Part shown: positions 39,140-45,185 of the stretch, in pieces
How positions within the stretch are numbered: the stretch's first letter is position 1
How the letters are laid out: each line of letters starts with the position of its first letter
From: Candidatus Bathyarchaeota archaeon
Lineage (GTDB): Archaea; Thermoproteota; Bathyarchaeia; TCS64
DNA length: 45,185 nt
Reading direction: 5' to 3'
Assembly (NCBI GenBank): GCA_043826455.1
Contig: JBDRQD010000072.1
Location: 1 to 45,185, forward strand
The notes under the pieces: model-generated
Told to the model about the DNA's origin: nothing
The model's database searches: none
The model's input: only the letters and a program-made list of their open reading frames with translations
Made by a program: the position numbers and the translations under genes

Positions 39140-39406
39140 ATGGAGTTGACTCTTCAGCTCGGCTTCAACATCCTCCTATACGTCTGCACCTACCTCCTGG
39201 GCATGGCCTTCGCTGGCAGCTTCCTGGGGCGCCGGTGGATGGGCACCGTTGACGTGTTCCTCCACAGGGCCTTCAAACTGGAGGTCACCATAGGCAAGTA
39301 CCTGTACTGGAAGCACTTCTGCAACATCCCCAACCCGCCCAAGCCCAAGGGCATGAATCATCCCACCGGCCTGGCCGGGATGCTGTTCACCAGGTTCCTG
39401 GAGTAG
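39140..39406 (+). CDS. Small hypothetical membrane protein
   Basis: 88 aa with an N-terminal TM helix and genome-typical codon usage. It fills the intergenic gap. Confidence 0.65.
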   Translation: MELTLQLGFNILLYVCTYLLGMAFAGSFLGRRWMGTVDVFLHRAFKLEVTIGKYLYWKHFCNIPNPPKPKGMNHPTGLAGMLFTRFLE

Positions 39407-39446
39407 CTACCTATCAATAGGAACCTAAATACGTGAAGCCGGGTTC

Positions 39447-40457
39447 ATGGGTAATATGCTCCGTCTCGGGATCATCGGCTGTGGCAGGGTGACCACCATG
39501 TTCCACCTCAAAGCGATAGAGGAGGTGGAGGAGGTCACCGTGGAGGCCGTGTCCGATGTGAGCGAGGACCGGATCAGGGACGTTCTGGGCAGCTGCGCCT
39601 CGGCGAAAGCCTACACCCACTACACGGATCTCCTCGGCGACCCAGATGTGGACGCCGTGGCCATCAACACCCCGCCCAGGTTCCACGAGGAGATGGTCCT
39701 CAGCGCCCTGAGCCACGGCAAGCACGTGCTGTGTGAGAAACCCCTGGCCCAGACCGTGGAGGGGTGCCGCAGGATAGGCGCAGCTCAGAGGGAGGCAGGT
39801 CTCCAGGTTCTCCCCGCCCACAACTACGCCTTCACCCCCAGTGTGGTGAGGATGGCCGAGCTGGTGAGGCAGGGCACAGTGGGGGACGTGGAGCGGATGC
39901 AAGTCTACTTCGAGAACAACCTCAGGATATACCGGAGCCAGACGGGCTTCAGGACCAGCTCCGAGAACGGCCTGGTAGAGGACGTGCTGCCCCACATACT
40001 CAGCGTCTCGACGCCCATCGCCGGCAGAGCCAGGGAGGTGAAGGACCTGGCCTGGTGGTGCAGACAGTACAAGGTCTGCGACAACATCAAGGCGACGCTG
40101 GAGACGGAGGCAGGCGCCGAGATCGATTGCAGCCTCAGCTGGACCCGGCTTGTGCCCAGGTTCAAAGTAGCTGTGAGGGGCACGGGGGGCAACATGGAGA
40201 CGGACATCATGATGAGCCCCTACACGGTCACCATCGAGAAGAACGGCCATAGGGAGACCATCCGTGAGAGGGGCGTGGACTGGTACTTGGACCTGATCAG
40301 GTTCAAGCACCCCAGCTTTCAGAGCCAGTACAGACACTTCGCACGGATTGTTAGTGGCCTGGAGCAGCCTCTGATCACCGTGGACGACGAGGCCGCCATA
40401 CTGGGCCTCATGGAGAAGATGAGCGGACTACTGAAGGAGGTGCCGATGAGCGGATGA
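39447..40457 (+). CDS. Gfo/Idh/MocA family oxidoreductase
   Basis: GIIGCG, NTPPRFH, GKHVLCEKP and DVLPH. Confidence 0.92.
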   Translation: MGNMLRLGIIGCGRVTTMFHLKAIEEVEEVTVEAVSDVSEDRIRDVLGSCASAKAYTHYTDLLGDPDVDAVAINTPPRFHEEMVLSALSHGKHVLCEKPLAQTVEGCRRIGAAQREAGLQVLPAHNYAFTPSVVRMAELVRQGTVGDVERMQVYFENNLRIYRSQTGFRTSSENGLVEDVLPHILSVSTPIAGRAREVKDLAWWCRQYKVCDNIKATLETEAGAEIDCSLSWTRLVPRFKVAVRGTGGNMETDIMMSPYTVTIEKNGHRETIRERGVDWYLDLIRFKHPSFQSQYRHFARIVSGLEQPLITVDDEAAILGLMEKMSGLLKEVPMSG

Positions 40458-41332
40458 CCACGTGCAAGGTGTCCCTGGTCAGGGCCGACGTGGACATCGG
40501 GGCCGCGGTGCGGAGGAGCGTGGAGCTCATCGGCGGCCTCGGCCTCAGGGGAGACGAACACGTCATAGTCAAGCCTAACGTCTGCAACGCCAAGAACCCT
40601 GAGGGCATGGTGGTCACCGACTTCAGGGTCATCAAGGCCGTCCTGGACCTGGTGAGGGAGAGGTGCGACATGGTCACCGTGGTGGAGTCGGATAACATCG
40701 CGGGCTCCGCCGAGAGCCGGGTGGAGGGCTCCGGCCTCATGGGCCTCCTGGACGAGTGGGGCGTGCCCTTCCTCAACCTAAGCCACGGCGACTACGAGGA
40801 GCACACGGTGGCGGGCGTCGTCCTCAAGATGCCCCGGGCCGTGCTGGAGGCCGACTACCTAGTCAACCTGCCCAAGATCAAGACCTGCGCCCACACTCTG
40901 GTGACCCTGGGCGTCAAGAACCTGTACGGTGTCTTCCAGCAGCCCAAGAAGAGCAGGTACCACAAGCACCTGGACGAGATACTGCCCTACCTGGCCAGGA
41001 CCGTGAGATGCGACCTGACCGTGGTGGACGGGCTGACCTGCATGGAGGGCAACGGCCCCGTAGTGGGGAACCCGGTATGCATGAACCTGGTCCTGGCTGG
41101 CAGGAACGTGGTGGCCGTGGACGCCGTGTGCAGCAGGCTCATGGGATACGACCCCTCCAAGATAACCCACATAGCCGGCGCGGCGAAGCAGGGCACGGGG
41201 CCCATAGCCTTGGATGAGATAGAGGTGGTGGGTGACCACTGGGAAGCGTGCGTCCGGGAGTTCGAGCCACCCTACAGCCTCAGGGCGACTCTGAAATCAC
41301 TGAAAGCCATAAAGGACATCTACCTCGGCTAA
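40454..41332 (+). CDS. DUF362 domain protein
   Basis: VKPN, NLPKIKT, TLGVKNLYG, VDGL.CMEGNGP and VAVD. ATGA overlap with the upstream gene. Confidence 0.88.
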   Translation: MTTCKVSLVRADVDIGAAVRRSVELIGGLGLRGDEHVIVKPNVCNAKNPEGMVVTDFRVIKAVLDLVRERCDMVTVVESDNIAGSAESRVEGSGLMGLLDEWGVPFLNLSHGDYEEHTVAGVVLKMPRAVLEADYLVNLPKIKTCAHTLVTLGVKNLYGVFQQPKKSRYHKHLDEILPYLARTVRCDLTVVDGLTCMEGNGPVVGNPVCMNLVLAGRNVVAVDAVCSRLMGYDPSKITHIAGAAKQGTGPIALDEIEVVGDHWEACVREFEPPYSLRATLKSLKAIKDIYLG

Positions 41333-41370
41333 TCGTTTTATGTCGAAAACCACATCGATCCATGTCGAGG

Positions 41371-41380
41371 TTTTTAAATA
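41371..41380 (+). promoter_or_regulatory. TATA box of the HMG-CoA synthase operon
   Basis: TTTTTAAATA about 33-42 nt before the start. Confidence 0.5.
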
Positions 41381-41412
41381 TCCAGCGCATATGATGTTCA
41401 CCAACGTTCGCA

Positions 41413-42459
41413 GTGGTTGCCTTGAAGACGCTTAGACAAGTCGGCATCGTGGGCTACGGCGCCTACGTGCCCATGTACCGTTTATCGGCGGAGGAGGTGA
41501 ACCGCATGTGGGGAACCTCCGGGGCCCCCGTGGAGGAGAAGAGCGTAGTGGCCCTGGACGAGGACACCGTCACCATCTCCGTGGAGTGCGCCAAGCAGGC
41601 GGTGAAGCGGGCGCGGATCAACCCCTCGGAGATCGGGGCCGTCTACGTGGGCACCGAGAGCAAGCCTTACGCGGTGAAGCCCAGCGGCACTATCGTGGCC
41701 GAGGCCATAGGGGCCACGCCCAGCGTGTCCACGGCCGACTACGAGTTCGCGTGCAAAGCGGGCACCGAGGCCATGCAGACCTGCATCGGCCTGGTGGGCA
41801 GCGGCATGCAGAAGTACGCTATGGCCATAGGTGCTGACACGGCCCAGGGGAGGCCCGCCGACGCCCTAGAGTACACGGCGGCATGCGGCGGCGCGGCCTT
41901 CATCTTCGCGGAGAGGAGCGCCGAGACCGTGGCCTACGTAGAGGCTTCTTACAGCTACGTGACGGACACCCCGGACTTCTGGAGGCGCGCCAAGGAGATG
42001 TACCCCAGGCACGGCAACAGGTTCACGGGTGAGCCCGCCTACTTCAAGCACATCGTTGGAGCAGCTAAGGGGCTGCTCCAGGAGACGGGCTACAAGGCTG
42101 AGGACTTTAAGTACGCCGTGTTCCATCAGCCTAACACCAAGTTCCCCATCACGGTGGCCAGGATGCTGGGCTTCAATATGGACCAGATCGACCCGGGCCT
42201 GGTGGTGGGCAAGGTGGGGAACACTTACGCGGGGAGCTCCCCGGTCGGCCTCGCGGCCACCCTGGACGTTGCGGAGCCTGATGAGAGGATATTCATGGTG
42301 AGCTACGGGTCGGGGAGCGGCAGCGACGCCTTCATATTCACCACCCAGGACGCCCTGAGGGAGAAACGGGGCGGACCCAAGATGAGCAGCTTCATAGAGC
42401 GCAAGAGGAACGTGGACTACGCCACGTACCTGAGGCACAGGGGGCAGATAATACAATGA
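41413..42459 (+). CDS. Hydroxymethylglutaryl-CoA synthase (archaeal)
   Basis: [44 protein letters not shown] and SYGSG. The catalytic Glu/Cys/His are intact. Confidence 0.95.
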   Translation: MVALKTLRQVGIVGYGAYVPMYRLSAEEVNRMWGTSGAPVEEKSVVALDEDTVTISVECAKQAVKRARINPSEIGAVYVGTESKPYAVKPSGTIVAEAIGATPSVSTADYEFACKAGTEAMQTCIGLVGSGMQKYAMAIGADTAQGRPADALEYTAACGGAAFIFAERSAETVAYVEASYSYVTDTPDFWRRAKEMYPRHGNRFTGEPAYFKHIVGAAKGLLQETGYKAEDFKYAVFHQPNTKFPITVARMLGFNMDQIDPGLVVGKVGNTYAGSSPVGLAATLDVAEPDERIFMVSYGSGSGSDAFIFTTQDALREKRGGPKMSSFIERKRNVDYATYLRHRGQIIQ

Positions 42460-43595
42460 GGCGGGTAGCGGTAGCGGGGCTGGGGCTCGTACCGGTGAAG
42501 GAGTACTGGGACAGAAACGCCCAGGACCTCTTCGCCGAGGCGGCGTTGAAGGCCATGAAGGACGCTGGCACAGATAAGGTGGACAGCATCTACGTGGCCA
42601 ACATGAGCGGAGCCCTCATGCAGGACCAGGTCAACATGGGTGCCCTGGCGGCAGGCGCCCTGGGCAGGCCCGGCCTACCCGCCATAAGGGTGGAGGCGGG
42701 GACGGCCAGCGGCGGCGTGGCCTTCCACGAGGCCGTGAAAGCCGTGGCATCAGGGTACAGCGACTGCGTCTTGGTGGGGGGAGTGGAGAAGATGAGCGAC
42801 GTCCTCCCCGAGTACGTTAACACGGCTCTGGCCATGTCCGAGGAGCAGGAGTACACTGCTTACACGGGAGTCACCAAGGCGGGGCTGAGCGCCATGCTTC
42901 ACAGGCTCTACCTGGACCTGTACGCTGAGCCCGCCGAGGTAGGGATGATGGCCGTGAAGGGCCACGACCACGCGGTGGGCTGCAGGCACGCCCAGTACCC
43001 CTTCAGGATGAGCATCGAGCGCGCCATGGACAGCCCCATGGAGGCCGACCCCATCCACATGATGGAGTGCAGCGGCGTAGGTGACGGCGCCGCGGCCCTG
43101 GTGCTGGTCCCCGCAGGCGACTCAGGGGTCGAGGTGACTGGCTCGGCTGTGGCTACGGACTGCTGCAGCCTGGCGGCCAGGAAGGACCCCCTGGTCTTCG
43201 AGGCCGTGAGGAGGGCCGCTGAGAAGGCCTACGGGATGGCCGGCGTCAAGCCCGGGGACATAGACCTGGCCGAGGTCCACGACGACTACACCATCGACGG
43301 CGTCCTCAGCCTGGAGAGCCTGGGCTTCGCCAGGCAGGGCGAGGCAGCCAAGCTGGTGGCCAGCAACGCTACCGATAAGGAGGGAAAGATTCCAGTGAAC
43401 ACCTTCGGGGGCCTAAAGGCCAGGGGCCACCCCCTGGGCGCAACCGGCTTGTATCAGTTGGCGGAGGTGGCTCTGCAGTTGAGGGGCGCCGCCGGCGACC
43501 ACCAGGTGCCCGGCGCCAGGGTCGGGTTAGCCCAGTGCATAGGTGGGCTGGCTTCGGTTTCCGCTGTCAACATCTTGAGGAGGCAGGACCCATGA
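42456..43595 (+). CDS. Archaeal thiolase homologue with atypical active site
   Basis: [30 protein letters not shown], with [10 protein letters not shown] at the usual EAACASG site. Confidence 0.9.
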   Translation: MRRVAVAGLGLVPVKEYWDRNAQDLFAEAALKAMKDAGTDKVDSIYVANMSGALMQDQVNMGALAAGALGRPGLPAIRVEAGTASGGVAFHEAVKAVASGYSDCVLVGGVEKMSDVLPEYVNTALAMSEEQEYTAYTGVTKAGLSAMLHRLYLDLYAEPAEVGMMAVKGHDHAVGCRHAQYPFRMSIERAMDSPMEADPIHMMECSGVGDGAAALVLVPAGDSGVEVTGSAVATDCCSLAARKDPLVFEAVRRAAEKAYGMAGVKPGDIDLAEVHDDYTIDGVLSLESLGFARQGEAAKLVASNATDKEGKIPVNTFGGLKARGHPLGATGLYQLAEVALQLRGAAGDHQVPGARVGLAQCIGGLASVSAVNILRRQDP

Positions 43596-43984
43596 GTGTC
43601 CCGCGTTACTGGCGGAACCAGGTGCCCAGGTACCGACTCCTAGGCGACAAGTGCAAGGCGTGCGGTGCCAGGTACTTCCCGGCTCAGCCTGTTTGCACCT
43701 GCGGCGGCACCGAGTTCGAGGACTACAAGCTCTCCGAGACGGGGGAGGTGGTCACCTGGACTGTCATCAGGAGCCCGCCGGTGGGCTACGAGAGGTACGT
43801 GCCCTACGTGGTGGCCCTCATCGATCTGGACGACGGGATGCGTCTCCTCAGCCAGGTGGTGGACGTGGACCCCGTCGATGTGAAGGCCGGGCTGCGCGTG
43901 GAGGCCGTTTTCCGTAAGGTGAGGGAGGACGGCGCCTCGGGCATCATCCAGTACGGGTACAAGTTCAGGCCCGTCGTCGAGTAG
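43592..43984 (+). CDS. DUF35 Zn-ribbon/OB-fold scaffold protein
   Basis: [22 protein letters not shown] and IIQYGYKF. ATGA overlap with the thiolase gene. Confidence 0.93.
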   Translation: MSVPRYWRNQVPRYRLLGDKCKACGARYFPAQPVCTCGGTEFEDYKLSETGEVVTWTVIRSPPVGYERYVPYVVALIDLDDGMRLLSQVVDVDPVDVKAGLRVEAVFRKVREDGASGIIQYGYKFRPVVE

Positions 43985-43992
43985 CCCCACCC

Positions 43993-44001
43993 TTTTTATA
44001 A
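43993..44001 (+). promoter_or_regulatory. T-tract/TATA element upstream of glyS
   Basis: TTTTTATAA about 30 nt before TTG 44031. It may also terminate the upstream operon. Confidence 0.45.
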
Positions 44002-44030
44002 GGCATCCCCCTTTTCTCGCTCTGATAAGG

Positions 44031-45185
44031 TTGCCTCAGCAGACTCTCTACGACACCATAACCGAGATCGCCAAGCGCCGCGGCTTCTACTGGCCCAGCT
44101 TCGATATATACGGTGGCATGAGCGGGTTCGTCACCTACGGTGACCTGGGCACCAAGCTCAAGCGCAACATAGAGGCCGCCTGGAAGGAGTACTTCGTCAG
44201 GAAGCAGGGGTTTCTGGAGCTGGACGACCCCGTCATCAACCCTGAGCGCGTCTTCCAGGCCAGCGGCCACCTGGACCACTTCAAGGAGTACACGGCCACC
44301 TGCACCAAGTGCGGCAAAGGCTTCAGGGCGGATCACCTGGTGGAGGACAAGACGGGCATGGAGAACGTGGAGGCCATGGGCGGCGCTGCCATCAAGCGTC
44401 TGCTGGTTGAGCACAAGGTCAGGTGCCCCGACTGCGGCGGCGAGCTCCGTGAGCCCACCCTCATCCTCACCATGTTCCGGACCGAGATAGGGGCCACGGG
44501 CGGCGAGACGGGCTACCTGCGCCCCGAGACTGCTCAGGCCATGTTCATGAACTACCGGTGGGGCTTCAGCCACGCCCGGGAGAAGTTGCCCTTCGGCCTG
44601 GCCCAGATCGGCAAGGTGGCCAGGAACGAGATCAGTCCCCGCCAGGGCATGATACGGATCAGGGAGTTCACCATCATGGAGCTGGAGCTGTTCTTCGACC
44701 CCCTGAACCCGGGCTGCCCCTGGTTCAGCGAGATGGAGGACACGGTGGTCATGCTCTACACGGAGGCTATGGAGGCGGACGGCGTCAAGGAGCCGCTCAT
44801 AGTCACCCTGGGCGAGGCCGTCACGCAGGGCATAATTCTCACCGAGTGGCAGGGCTACTTCATGGGGGTCAGCCAGGCCTTCATGGACCTCCTGGGGGTG
44901 CCCCCTGAGAAGCAGCGGTTCAGGGCACACCTCCCTGAGGAGAGAGCCCACTACAGCGCTCAGACCTACGACCACGAGGTCCTCCTGGAGACGTGGGGCT
45001 GGACCGAGATCAGCGGCTGCGCCTACAGGACCGACTTTGATCTCCGGAACCACATGGAGGCCTCCGGCCTGGACATGACCGTGCTCCGGGAGGACGGCAC
45101 GCGGTTCGTGCCTCACGTGGTGGAGCCCAGCTACGGCCTGGATAGGCTGATGTACGTGGCGCTGGAGGCCAGCTACGAGAGGAAG
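44031..45185 (+). CDS. glyS: Glycyl-tRNA synthetase (alpha2 type), runs off the window edge
   Basis: Not in the ORF track because there is no stop. It reads MPQQTLYDTITEIAKRRGFYWPSFDIYGG...ASGHLDHF...FRADHL...YLRPETAQ...RNEISPRQGMIRIREF...ERAHYS...PHVVEPSYGLDR. Confidence 0.96.
   Translation, partial: MPQQTLYDTITEIAKRRGFYWPSFDIYGGMSGFVTYGDLGTKLKRNIEAAWKEYFVRKQGFLELDDPVINPERVFQASGHLDHFKEYTATCTKCGKGFRADHLVEDKTGMENVEAMGGAAIKRLLVEHKVRCPDCGGELREPTLILTMFRTEIGATGGETGYLRPETAQAMFMNYRWGFSHAREKLPFGLAQIGKVARNEISPRQGMIRIREFTIMELELFFDPLNPGCPWFSEMEDTVVMLYTEAMEADGVKEPLIVTLGEAVTQGIILTEWQGYFMGVSQAFMDLLGVPPEKQRFRAHLPEERAHYSAQTYDHEVLLETWGWTEISGCAYRTDFDLRNHMEASGLDMTVLREDGTRFVPHVVEPSYGLDRLMYVALEASYERK

Overview
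This is a gene-dense, high-GC archaeal chromosomal window with about 50 CDS. Archaeal markers include RadA, TFB, an HMf-type histone, Nep1, Dph6, DtdA, a GPN GTPase, archaeal ThrRS and GlyRS, and the HMG-CoA synthase/thiolase/DUF35 operon. The gene mix suggests a TACK lineage, probably Bathyarchaeia (inference). I recognised no tRNA, rRNA, CRISPR array or transposase. The most unusual element is an intact, translationally coupled pair of class III ribonucleotide reductase homologues (NrdD-like plus NrdG-like). The NrdD-like protein appears to have lost its catalytic cysteines and the whole thiyl finger loop, yet keeps the Zn site and the radical Gly, so it is a candidate repurposed glycyl-radical or pseudo-enzyme system. 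Other highlights are a thiolase with Thr in place of its nucleophilic Cys, a CBS-HPF ribosome hibernation-factor fusion, a DUF72-SWIM fusion, an unannotated 54-aa basic zinc-ribbon protein, a ThrRS lacking its editing domain, a MetE-like protein with altered Zn ligands, and a methyltransferase pseudogene. All family assignments come from motif recognition by eye, not from database searches.
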